A DNA stretch of 47,255 bases from a virus (lineage: Duplodnaviria > Heunggongvirae > Uroviricota > Caudoviricetes). The translations under genes were made by a program, and so were the position numbers. Positions 28,162-36,529 of the stretch are shown piece after piece. Under the pieces are notes generated by a model. It had not been told where the DNA came from, did not search any database, and saw only the letters and a program-made list of their open reading frames with translations. Each line of letters opens with the position of its first letter. Within the stretch, counting starts at the first letter, position 1. Where the stretch lies: the IMG/VR virus record IMGVR_UViG_3300042890_003920, one strand, 5' to 3'.

Positions 28162-28514
28162 AAGTAAAGGTTAATTAAATTAATAAGAATATATGATAAT
28201 TTATATCCTGCGAACGCACCGAGTGCCGATGGTATAGGAAATACAATTAGTTTACCTAAATCAGTTACATATTTTGGTCTATTAACAATCTTACCCATAA
28301 ATAGGTAGTAAGCAATATAACCTAATAGAACTGCTATATCTGTCTTGGTTGCGATGAATACTACTAAGGTGGCTCCTATAAACCCAAATGTAAAATTGTC
28401 TCTTAGACCTTCCCAAATCTCTTTATTAGTTGCGTTCTTATACTCTTTGTATATCTTTCTATGTAATTTTTGTGTTTTTACTCGTTTTGAGTTGAAATCT
28501 GTTTTTTCTTCCAT
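28158..28514 (-). CDS. Membrane protein
   Basis: Three hydrophobic segments. Confidence 0.75.
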   Translation of the reverse strand: MEEKTDFNSKRVKTQKLHRKIYKEYKNATNKEIWEGLRDNFTFGFIGATLVVFIATKTDIAVLLGYIAYYLFMGKIVNRPKYVTDLGKLIVFPIPSALGAFAGYKLSYILINLINLYL

Positions 28515-28517
28515 TTC

Positions 28518-28688
28518 TTATATATAAGCAATTTGTGTCCTTTTACTAACATTCTTTTTGTGAATGTATTTTAGTAAAGGTTTTTTAAAGTGTATTCTTT
28601 CTTTTTCTGTTTTTACTTCTCTTTTTATTTCTGTTATTTTACTTGATGAACAAGAAGTTATCAAAAGTAATAAAATTATGTATTTCAT
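28518..28688 (-). CDS. 56-aa putative lipoprotein (not in track)
   Basis: MKYIILLLLITSC lipobox; fills the operon gap. Confidence 0.55.
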   Translation of the reverse strand: MKYIILLLLITSCSSSKITEIKREVKTEKERIHFKKPLLKYIHKKNVSKRTQIAYI

Positions 28689-28689
28689 A

Positions 28690-28968
28690 TTATAATTTTT
28701 CTAGTTTCTCGTCTCTGTAATATGGTCTCATATCTACATCAAATGCACCATCATAATCATAGTCACCTGCGCCATATTTAAAGAATACTTTTATTGTATT
28801 TTCATCAATGATTTTGAAGGAATCATAATAATGATAACCTTGACTTGGTTTTGAATAATCTCTTGGATATTCTTCATTATATCTTTCTTTTGCAAAATTA
28901 TCAAGTATTTTTTGATCACTTTTTACACTGATAAGATTTTCTACTGATTTTTGTAATTCTGAACTCAT
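28690..28968 (-). CDS. Hypothetical protein with RDEKLEKL motif
   Basis: ORF track. Confidence 0.75.
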   Translation of the reverse strand: MSSELQKSVENLISVKSDQKILDNFAKERYNEEYPRDYSKPSQGYHYYDSFKIIDENTIKVFFKYGAGDYDYDGAFDVDMRPYYRDEKLEKL

Positions 28969-29207
28969 TATTCGTCTTTATATTTGGTTGTTAAGTGATA
29001 GTAATCACATTGATCACATCTATATGCTACTAAGGTTGTATCTTTTTTAGGATATGTTCTATTTAAGTATTCTGCATTTACCTGTGCCAATGTAAGAGTT
29101 TCCCATCTTACTTTAGGTGTTTTATTTGCAGATATACAGATTTCATTTTTTTCTTCCATATGTATTCTTGCGGTTTTTGGAAAAACCAATTCACTTTTTT
29201 CTTGCAT
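28968..29207 (-). CDS. Small putative Zn-binding protein (AYRCDQCDYYHLT)
   Basis: Start reset to MQEK at 29207, just after TATCTTTG at 29212-29219. Confidence 0.7.
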   Translation of the reverse strand: MQEKSELVFPKTARIHMEEKNEICISANKTPKVRWETLTLAQVNAEYLNRTYPKKDTTLVAYRCDQCDYYHLTTKYKDE

Positions 29208-29222
29208 AGTGCAAAGATAATA

Positions 29223-29257
29223 AAAAAATCCCAAAAGAACTAACTTTTGGGATTTTT
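29223..29257. terminator. Intrinsic terminator closing the tRNA/ncRNA transcript
   Basis: AAAATCCCAAAAG/CTTTTGGGATTTT stem. Confidence 0.85.
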
Positions 29258-29266
29258 CTTTCTAAA

Positions 29267-29349
29267 TGGTGGAGCTCAACCTTCCATTCGCGGGAAGGTC
29301 TATCCACCTCGGTTACGTTTCCACTAAGGAAAGAGGCTTGACCGGCACC
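29267..29349 (-). ncRNA. Unclassified structured RNA, 83 nt, ending AGCTCCACCA
   Basis: 46/83 G+C by hand count in an AT-rich genome; ACCTTCC-CGCGAAT-GGAAGGT and TTTCC-TTAGT-GGAAA hairpins; lies between tRNA-Cys and a terminator. Confidence 0.55.
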
Positions 29350-29358
29350 TGAGATATG

Positions 29359-29428
29359 AGGCAGAAAAAGGAATCGAACCTCTGTGTAGGAACTTGCGGT
29401 TCCTCGCCTAACACTCAGCCATTCTGCC
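29359..29428 (-). tRNA. tRNA-Cys(GCA), atypical
   Basis: Acceptor GGCAGAA/TTCTGCC, discriminator U, anticodon stem AGGAA/TTCCT with loop CCGCAAG, T-loop TTCGATT; promoter TATCTTTG at 29441-29448. Confidence 0.85.
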
Positions 29429-29472
29429 ATTATTGTTCTACAAAGATATAACTTTTTTTATATAATAAAAAA

Positions 29473-30108
29473 TTATTTTGTTGTTAAAATTAATCTGTCG
29501 ATTCCAAGCGCAAAACCAACACCACCTTCGTAAGAACCTCCACCACAAATTTGTTTTTGTGCTCCTAATTCTGGACAAGAAATTTCAAACCCTTTACCAC
29601 CAGTATAGTAGTCAAGACCTCTTGTTGCGTCTAAGTTTACTTCATAGTTATCAGTTGCTAACTCAATTAGTTTAGTTGAAATTTCTAACATTTCATCTGT
29701 CATATCTTCAGTTGGGTTGATTACTTCAACTCCAAATTGTGTGAATTGACGGTAACGCCCTGCCTGTGGTTTTTCTCCACGAAAGCATTCTCCAATATAG
29801 AATAACTTAACATTCTTTGTCATTTTAAATGTTTCGTTGGCCAGTTGTTGTACTATGGCAGTGTATTCCGGTGCCAAACAGATGTCTCTGTTACCTCTAT
29901 CGGTAAATGTGTACATCATGTTGTTATTTTCTTCACCTACTTTACTTGCAAATGTTTCAGTTAATTGAATAACTGGGATCATCATTTCTTGATAACCATA
30001 AGATTCCATAATCTCAATCATTTGATTTAGTAATCGTCTTTTGTTTCTAGCGGTTTCACCAAAAACTATTCTTGTTCCTTTGTATGTTTTACTTGTTTTA
30101 ATTTCCAT
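29473..30108 (-). CDS. hisS: Minimal histidyl-tRNA synthetase-like protein (211 aa, catalytic core only)
   Basis: Motif 1 IPVI, motif 2 FRGEKPQAGRYRQFTQFGVE, RGLDYYTG, GGGSY, motif 3 GFALGIDRL followed by stop; start reset to MEIK at 30108. Confidence 0.85.
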   Translation of the reverse strand: MEIKTSKTYKGTRIVFGETARNKRRLLNQMIEIMESYGYQEMMIPVIQLTETFASKVGEENNNMMYTFTDRGNRDICLAPEYTAIVQQLANETFKMTKNVKLFYIGECFRGEKPQAGRYRQFTQFGVEVINPTEDMTDEMLEISTKLIELATDNYEVNLDATRGLDYYTGGKGFEISCPELGAQKQICGGGSYEGGVGFALGIDRLILTTK

Positions 30109-30133
30109 TTTAATAGTATATTTTTTGTTTAAT

Positions 30134-30164
30134 AAAAAAGCCCAGATCATTATAATCTGGGCTT
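30134..30164 (-). terminator. Attenuator terminator upstream of the hisS-like gene
   Basis: AAGCCCAGAT-TATAATG-ATCTGGGCTT followed by a T tract. Confidence 0.9.
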
Positions 30165-30196
30165 ATGTTTAAATTAGCAATTTTTAAGACATATAC

Positions 30197-30253
30197 TTAC
30201 GACCCAGATTTCTCTGTGTGGTGATGTAGTTTATATGTTGTTTTCATTTTCAT
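30197..30253 (-). CDS. His leader peptide MKMKTTYKLHHHTEKSGS
   Basis: CAT-CAC-CAC; its 3' AATCTGGGT can pair with the terminator 5' arm GCCCAGATT; promoter TATATTTG at 30258-30265. Confidence 0.85.
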   Translation of the reverse strand: MKMKTTYKLHHHTEKSGS

Positions 30254-30312
30254 ACTGCAAATATATTACTTTTTATTGTGAATAAAAAATTTGTTTAACT
30301 TTTTCTTGAGAA

Positions 30313-31113
30313 TTAGAGTAAACTAGTGGTTATTTCTAATATTTTTTGAGCGACTAAAATCGCATCTTCTTCATTTAAAACTCCTTCATTTGGTTGTCTA
30401 GCAACAACTACATAAATAATTCTACTTCTATCATCTATTCCACTTATTCTATGATCATCATCTTGGGAGCTTGTATCATATTCTTGTATTATTCCAGTAG
30501 AAGGTCCAGGAACTAAAATTAGTTGATTAATTGATGGATCACCTTCACCATCATCAGTATTAGTTTTGTAAAAAAGTGTCCAATCAGGAATAACAGATTC
30601 TACATAACCTGCACCAATACCATTACCATCAGATCCAACATTACCGCTTATATTAAACTCAGATACTGATATACCATCAGCCATCATTATAAATAACCCA
30701 GGATACATATTAGTAAAATATTTGGATCCACTACCAAAATAAGAATCTCCTGATTCTATTTTTCCATCCATTGGTGGATTATTATATTCTTCATCATCAT
30801 TATCAGTTTCTGCTTGTGTGTGGGTGTATAGAATACTTGCAATTTCAAGTGATTCTTCACCTTCAATTTGTCCTTCTTTTATATTATCCCAATTTGCAGT
30901 TAAATTAGTATTCATAAAGTTTGCACCATCATACATATCATCACCACCATCACTTATTCCAGTTAATATAGTACTACTTATTTTATCATCCCAAAAGTTG
31001 TATATGTTTGGAACCAAAGCAGTAACTTCACTATATCTTAAATTCATACTATTTAGAGCGGTTTCTATCCAACCACCTCCTTTAAAACTTGTTCCTATTA
31101 TTGATTGTATCAT
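30313..31113 (-). CDS. Acidic adhesin/fibre-associated protein with MIQSIIGTSF N-terminus
   Basis: Shared N-terminal peptide; domain similar to an internal part of 36530..40870. Confidence 0.75.
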   Translation of the reverse strand: MIQSIIGTSFKGGGWIETALNSMNLRYSEVTALVPNIYNFWDDKISSTILTGISDGGDDMYDGANFMNTNLTANWDNIKEGQIEGEESLEIASILYTHTQAETDNDDEEYNNPPMDGKIESGDSYFGSGSKYFTNMYPGLFIMMADGISVSEFNISGNVGSDGNGIGAGYVESVIPDWTLFYKTNTDDGEGDPSINQLILVPGPSTGIIQEYDTSSQDDDHRISGIDDRSRIIYVVVARQPNEGVLNEEDAILVAQKILEITTSLL

Positions 31114-31123
31114 CTATTTTTAT

Positions 31124-32173
31124 TTATTTTATACTAGGATCACTTAAATCAATTGCCCAGTCATAACTACCGGGAAAATTCAAATAGGTAGAAACTCCAT
31201 CAAAGTATATACTACCACTACCATCTGAGAATGGTGATTGAGAACTCCAAGTTCCCCCTATTACAGATGCAACATGATTGCCTGTACTATCAATAAAAGT
31301 AGTATTTGATGATGTTACTGATAATAGTAATTTTGTTTCTGTATAATCTACTGGATTTAAAGGTGTTGTTGATGGTGTAAAATTACCATTATATTTTACA
31401 ATACCTTTCAAAAAATGAAAGTTAGTTAAATAACCATAAAATTTTTGACCTGAACCGCCACCAATTTGTAAATCACTTGTATTATCTAGTATTAGTCTAT
31501 TACTAGAATTATAGAAAAGTCTTGTACCATCTTTATATAGTTCTAATGTATTACTATTTCTAACTATTGCAAAGTGTACCCATGTATTATATAAATCTGA
31601 TATATTCTGAAATGCGTAATCAGAACCAAAACCACCACCAGTCCAAACAATAAGTCTATTACCTTGTACCTCTTCACTAAAACCAATAGATTCTCCTGGA
31701 TTATTACCAACATCAAATAGTCTATCAACATTTTCTCCTATACTACCTGTCATTTTTTGCCACCACTCTATTGTAAAGTTATTAGTAAGTGTAGTAACCC
31801 ATACATCTGATAATAGATTTAAGAAACCACCATATAATGAATATCCTATATAAATATTAAAGGATATCTCACCAGTATTAGGTGTTAAAGTAAATTGACC
31901 TCCTAATGTACCACTTCCATCATTATATAATTGTAGTGTATCATTATCCATATTTTCAACAAATTGATATGCTCTGCTATTTGAAGGTGATGTACCATCA
32001 ATCCACCAGTAAAGAAAAGTTCCCTCACTAACACCAGTTATACCACTTATAGTAAATGTTATTGTAGTTCCCTCTAGTGGATTATAATTATTAGCCACAA
32101 ATGTTGGTGTACTTGGAGGTGTACCTCCACCTCCTCCACCTGTAAAACTTGTTCCTATTATTGATTGTATCAT
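31124..32173 (-). CDS. LamG/concanavalin-like domain protein with MIQSIIGTSF N-terminus
   Basis: FTIEWW, WVHFAIVRN....LYKDG, LQIGG, FYGYLTNF. Confidence 0.8.
   Translation of the reverse strand: MIQSIIGTSFTGGGGGGTPPSTPTFVANNYNPLEGTTITFTISGITGVSEGTFLYWWIDGTSPSNSRAYQFVENMDNDTLQLYNDGSGTLGGQFTLTPNTGEISFNIYIGYSLYGGFLNLLSDVWVTTLTNNFTIEWWQKMTGSIGENVDRLFDVGNNPGESIGFSEEVQGNRLIVWTGGGFGSDYAFQNISDLYNTWVHFAIVRNSNTLELYKDGTRLFYNSSNRLILDNTSDLQIGGGSGQKFYGYLTNFHFLKGIVKYNGNFTPSTTPLNPVDYTETKLLLSVTSSNTTFIDSTGNHVASVIGGTWSSQSPFSDGSGSIYFDGVSTYLNFPGSYDWAIDLSDPSIK
31815..32173 (-). repeat. Copy A of a ~350-bp N-terminal module shared with 36160-36511
   Basis: Near-identical NYNP.EGTTITFTISGITGVSEGT.LYWWIDGTS...FNIYIGYSLYGGFLNL at protein and DNA level. 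Confidence 0.85.
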
Positions 32174-32191
32174 ATATTTTTTTTATTTTTT

Positions 32192-35100
32192 TTATACAGT
32201 AACAGTCCATCCTTTAGAAATTAGTATAGTCTGTAAGTTTGTTCCTGATACGGAATTTATATTACCAGTAAATTGTACATTACCACGTCCAGGAATAACA
32301 CTCATTGCATTAGCCCATGGTTCAGATGCTGTATAGCCTGCTGTTGTCATTTGGCTACTATTAAACCATAGAGTAGTTATTGAACTTGGTAATGGATTCG
32401 TAGGATTAAATGATACAATTTGAGTTTGACTTAAATATAAAGTTAACAATCCACTTGGTAATGCCAAAGTTGGATTAAATGATGTTATAGGATTTTGTGA
32501 TACATTTAAAATTTTTAATGTACTTGGCAATGCCAACGTTGGATTAAATGATGATATACCTGTCTGTTGTAACCCTAATTCATTTAATAAACTTGGTAAA
32601 GGATTTACTGGATTAAATGTTCCAATAGTTGGATTAAAATTTAAATTTAAATATCTCAATGAACTTGGCCATACATGATTATTGATTGCACTAGTTAAAG
32701 AGTTTGATGATAAAAATAAATTCTGTAATGTATTAGGTAATTTTGATACATCAATTGATGTTATAAAATTATTACTTGCATAAAAAGAGATCAATGAACT
32801 TGGTAATGAGAATGTTGGATTAAGTGATGTTAGCTGACATTGTTCTAAATATAGTGTATGTATTCCATTTGGTAAAGGAACACTTGGATTGAAATTACCA
32901 CCTAATGGATTTGTAGTTATGTTTAAAAATGTCAATCCAGTTGGTAATTTAGTATAATTCATATTAGCTCCTGTAATACCATTACCAGTTATACTTAAAG
33001 AAGACATTGAGTTAGGTAATGGGTTTGTAGGATTAAATGATAATGTATTATTATTTTTTGCGCTTAGCTGTGTTAAATTAGGAGGCCAATTGATACTATT
33101 AAATGTTGATCCTAATTGATTAGAATCTACAGTAAGCACTTGTAAATTATTAAATATAGAAGTGGAAGAGAGTGTAACAATTGATGGAATTTGATTACTT
33201 ATTAAATTAAGAGATGTTTTTATTGGTATATTTCCAAGTGCATTTATCTGTGTAATTTGTAATGCTCTTAAATTATAAGTACTTGACGTGGAAGTAGCAT
33301 ATAGATTACATTGTATTCTTTTTTGTACACCTGATACTGTAGTTATTGAAAATCCTGTAATAACCAAATTTGTTAAATAATTATAATTATTAGAAGGATC
33401 ACGTCCAGTTTCTAAGAACGTTCTAAACGATGCTTCATCTGTTACAGCTGGTGTTGTCAAAGACCAATTAGCTGTTACGTCAAATGGTAGTAGATTAGGA
33501 TCTCCTTCAACTGTCCATCCTTTACTAACTAATATTGATTCAAGATTCGTGCTTATTACACCATCTACATTATCATTAAAATCAATTGTACCTCTTCCAG
33601 GAATCACAGACATTGAACTAGCCCATGACTCTGATGCAGTGTAACCTGCTGTTGTCATTTGATTACCATTTAAATACAAATATTGTAATGAATTAGGTAA
33701 TGCTATACTTGGATCAAATGTAACAATGTCATTACCGTATAAATACAAACGTTGTAATCCACTAGGTAATGCTATACTTGGATCAAATGTTACAATTTGA
33801 TTACCGTCTAAACGTAAATCTTGTAATAAATTAGGTAATGCTTGAGTTGGATCAAATGTCACAATGTAATTACCACCTAAATATAACTGTTGTAATCCAG
33901 TAGGTAATACAGTTGGATCAAATGTAACTATTTGATTATTAACTAAAATCAATGATTGTAAGCCATATAATGGTAATGTTGGATTAAATGTCACTATTTG
34001 ATTATTTGATAACACTAACACTTGTAATGAATTAGGTAATGCTATACTTGGATCAAATGTAACTATTTGATTATTGTCTAAAAATAAATACCATAATGAA
34101 TTAGGTAATGTTATAGTTGGATCAAATGTTACTATTTGATTATTGTTTAGACGTAACTGTTGTAAACCGATAATATTTCCGAAAGACACTATATCTGAAA
34201 TTTGAATATTATTTAGATATAAGATTGTTCCAGTTGCAGAAAGATTACAAATCAATCTACCATTAACAAGTGAAAAGTCAGTAATGACTACATCAGTTAA
34301 ACTGTTTGTGCTTCCACCTCCATCTTCTCCACTTTCTAAAAATGTTATAAAAGATGCTTCATCAACAACTTCTGGTGTTGTCAACCCCCAATTAGCGGTT
34401 ACGTCAAATGGTAGTTGAGCAGGATCCCCTTGAACTGTCCATCCTTTACTAACTAATATCGATTCGAGATTCGTGCTTATTACACCATCTACATTATTAT
34501 TAAATTGTACAGTACCACGTCCTGGTATAACACTCATAGAATTAGCCCAAGATTCAGAAGCAGTGTAACCTGCTGTTGTCATTTGATTATTATTTAAATT
34601 TAAATTAACTAATGAATCTGGAAGCGGAATGTTAGGATTAAATGTAACTATTTGATTATTATTTAAAATTAAATTAACTAATGAATCTGGGAGCGGAATG
34701 TTAGGATTAAATGTAACTATTTGATTATTGTTTATATAGAAAGTTTGTAATCCACTAGGTAAAGGTATTGTTGGATCAAATGTAACTATTTGATTATTGT
34801 CTAAAGATAAATTTTGTAATCCAGTAGGTAATGCTATAGTTGGATCAAATGTAACTATTTGATTACTGTTTAAATATAAATTTTGTAATCCACTTGGCCA
34901 TGTTACATTATCAAATGATGTAATACTATTATTACTTACATCAATGCTAGTTACACCAATTGGCCAAGATGTATTATCAACAGATAGAATATTATTACTA
35001 TACAAATATAAAGTACCATTCATTTGTAAGTTTCCAAACGATGTAGCATCTGTCACACCCATTAATGCAAATCCTAAATCATTTCCTCCAGTAGAGGAAA

Positions 35101-36127
35101 GATTACATCTTAATCTATTTCCTTCAAGTAAGAAATCAGTTACTACAACACCTGTTTGGCTATTTGTGTTACCATCACCATCTTCTCCACTCTCTAAAAA
35201 TGTTATAAAAGATGCTTCATTTGTTACAGGTGGTGTTGTCAAGCTCCAGTTAGCGGTTACGTCAAATGGTAGTTGAGCAGGATCCCCTTCAACTGTCCAT
35301 CCTTTACTAACTAATATCGATTCAAGATTCGTGTCTATTACACCATTTATATTATTATTAAAATCAATTGTGCCTCTGTTAGGTATAACACTCATTGCAT
35401 TAGCCCATGTTTCAGAAGCAGTGTAACCTGCTGTTGTCATTTGATTATTGTCTAGATACAATTCTTGTAATGAATTAGGTAATGCTATACTTGGGTCAAA
35501 TGTAACAATGTCATTATTGTTTAAATATAACTGTTGTAATCCACTAGGTAATGCTATAGTTGGGTCAAATGTCACTATTTGATTACCAAATAAAAGTAAA
35601 CCTTGTAATGAATTAGGTAATGCTATACTTGGGTCAAATGTAACTATTTGATTATTACCTAAATATAAATTTTGTAAGCTACTTGGTAATGCTATACTTG
35701 GATCAAATGTAACTATTTGATTACCAGTTAAGTCTAAATTTATTAAAGAACTAGGTAATGCAATAGTTGGATCAAATGTAACTATTTGATTACTGTTTAA
35801 ATATAAAGTTTGTAATGAATTAGGTAATGCAATAGTTGTGTCAAATGTAACTATTTGATTATCTAATAAACGTAACTGTTGTAGACCTATAATATTACCA
35901 AAAGACACTATATCTGAAATTTGAATATTATTTAGATATAAGATTGTTCCAGTAGCGGAAAGATTACAAATCAGTCTACCATTAACAAGTGAGAAGTTTG
36001 TAATAACTACATCTGTTAAACTACTTGGGCTACCATCACCATCACCACCACTTTCTAAAAATGTTCTAAAAGATTCTTCGTCAACAACAGGTGGTGTTGT
36101 CAAACTCCAATTTGCAGTTACATCAAA
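32192..36127 (-). repeat. Nested repeats: 66-bp LRR units within four modules (861, 858, 924 and ~1293 bp)
   Basis: Module starts at 36127, 35266, 34408, 33484; recurring plus-strand GGATCAAATGTAACTATTTGATT. Confidence 0.85.
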
Positions 36128-36511
36128 AGTAATATTTTCAATTACAACTACATCAGATGGTAGATTTAAGAAACCACCATATAAACTATATCCTATATAA
36201 ATATTAAAATCTATATCTCCTTGATTAGGTGTTAGAGTAAATGTACCACTTAATGTACCGTCTTTTTCAAGTGATAGTTGTAGTGTATCATTATCCTTAT
36301 TCTCAACAAATTGATCAGCTCTACTAAATTGACCTGATGTTCCATCTATCCACCAGTAAAGTGTGGTTCCCTCACTAACACCAGTTATACCACTTATGGT
36401 AAATGTTATTGTAGTTCCCTCTATTGGGTTATAATTACTGGCTACAAATGTTACAGGAGGTGGATTATAACCACCTCCTGTAAAACTTGTTCCTATTATA
36501 GATTGTATCAT
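32192..36511 (-). CDS. 1439-aa leucine-rich-repeat protein, four capped LRR modules
   Basis: 22-aa repeat LPNSLQxLxLxxNQIVTFDPxIA; modules open with FDVTANW and close with SKGWTV. Confidence 0.9.
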   Translation of the reverse strand: MIQSIIGTSFTGGGYNPPPVTFVASNYNPIEGTTITFTISGITGVSEGTTLYWWIDGTSGQFSRADQFVENKDNDTLQLSLEKDGTLSGTFTLTPNQGDIDFNIYIGYSLYGGFLNLPSDVVVIENITFDVTANWSLTTPPVVDEESFRTFLESGGDGDGSPSSLTDVVITNFSLVNGRLICNLSATGTILYLNNIQISDIVSFGNIIGLQQLRLLDNQIVTFDTTIALPNSLQTLYLNSNQIVTFDPTIALPSSLINLDLTGNQIVTFDPSIALPSSLQNLYLGNNQIVTFDPSIALPNSLQGLLLFGNQIVTFDPTIALPSGLQQLYLNNNDIVTFDPSIALPNSLQELYLDNNQMTTAGYTASETWANAMSVIPNRGTIDFNNNINGVIDTNLESILVSKGWTVEGDPAQLPFDVTANWSLTTPPVTNEASFITFLESGEDGDGNTNSQTGVVVTDFLLEGNRLRCNLSSTGGNDLGFALMGVTDATSFGNLQMNGTLYLYSNNILSVDNTSWPIGVTSIDVSNNSITSFDNVTWPSGLQNLYLNSNQIVTFDPTIALPTGLQNLSLDNNQIVTFDPTIPLPSGLQTFYINNNQIVTFNPNIPLPDSLVNLILNNNQIVTFNPNIPLPDSLVNLNLNNNQMTTAGYTASESWANSMSVIPGRGTVQFNNNVDGVISTNLESILVSKGWTVQGDPAQLPFDVTANWGLTTPEVVDEASFITFLESGEDGGGSTNSLTDVVITDFSLVNGRLICNLSATGTILYLNNIQISDIVSFGNIIGLQQLRLNNNQIVTFDPTITLPNSLWYLFLDNNQIVTFDPSIALPNSLQVLVLSNNQIVTFNPTLPLYGLQSLILVNNQIVTFDPTVLPTGLQQLYLGGNYIVTFDPTQALPNLLQDLRLDGNQIVTFDPSIALPSGLQRLYLYGNDIVTFDPSIALPNSLQYLYLNGNQMTTAGYTASESWASSMSVIPGRGTIDFNDNVDGVISTNLESILVSKGWTVEGDPNLLPFDVTANWSLTTPAVTDEASFRTFLETGRDPSNNYNYLTNLVITGFSITTVSGVQKRIQCNLYATSTSSTYNLRALQITQINALGNIPIKTSLNLISNQIPSIVTLSSTSIFNNLQVLTVDSNQLGSTFNSINWPPNLTQLSAKNNNTLSFNPTNPLPNSMSSLSITGNGITGANMNYTKLPTGLTFLNITTNPLGGNFNPSVPLPNGIHTLYLEQCQLTSLNPTFSLPSSLISFYASNNFITSIDVSKLPNTLQNLFLSSNSLTSAINNHVWPSSLRYLNLNFNPTIGTFNPVNPLPSLLNELGLQQTGISSFNPTLALPSTLKILNVSQNPITSFNPTLALPSGLLTLYLSQTQIVSFNPTNPLPSSITTLWFNSSQMTTAGYTASEPWANAMSVIPGRGNVQFTGNINSVSGTNLQTILISKGWTVTV

Positions 36512-36529
36512 ACTATACTTTATTTTTAG

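Noticed and set aside
29267-29349. HDV-like theta ribozyme or tmRNA
   Set aside because: GCGAATGG resembles HDV J4/2 and the position 3' of a tRNA fits theta ribozymes, but I could not build canonical P1/P1.1/P3. For tmRNA there is no GGGGC-type 5' end or tag frame. Kept as an unclassified RNA.
29191-29430. 79-aa ORF in the track (MAEWLSVRRG...)
   Set aside because: It is a translation of the tRNA-Cys, the structured RNA and the terminator.
29473-30108. HisZ (ATP-PRT regulatory subunit) annotation
   Set aside because: It retains RGLDYY and the motif 2/3 catalytic arginines, is much shorter than HisZ, and no hisG is adjacent; not fully excluded without phylogeny.
33480-36000. CRISPR array or DGR target in the 66-bp repeats
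   Set aside because: The repeats are in-frame coding LRR units without unique spacers; there are no cas genes, no reverse transcriptase and no adenine-specific TR/VR pair in the window.
32192-36511. Eukaryotic giant-virus origin suggested by FNIP-like 22-aa LRRs
   Set aside because: Bacteroidota promoters, intrinsic terminators, an attenuator, a TBDR and T9SS CTDs all indicate a bacterial host.
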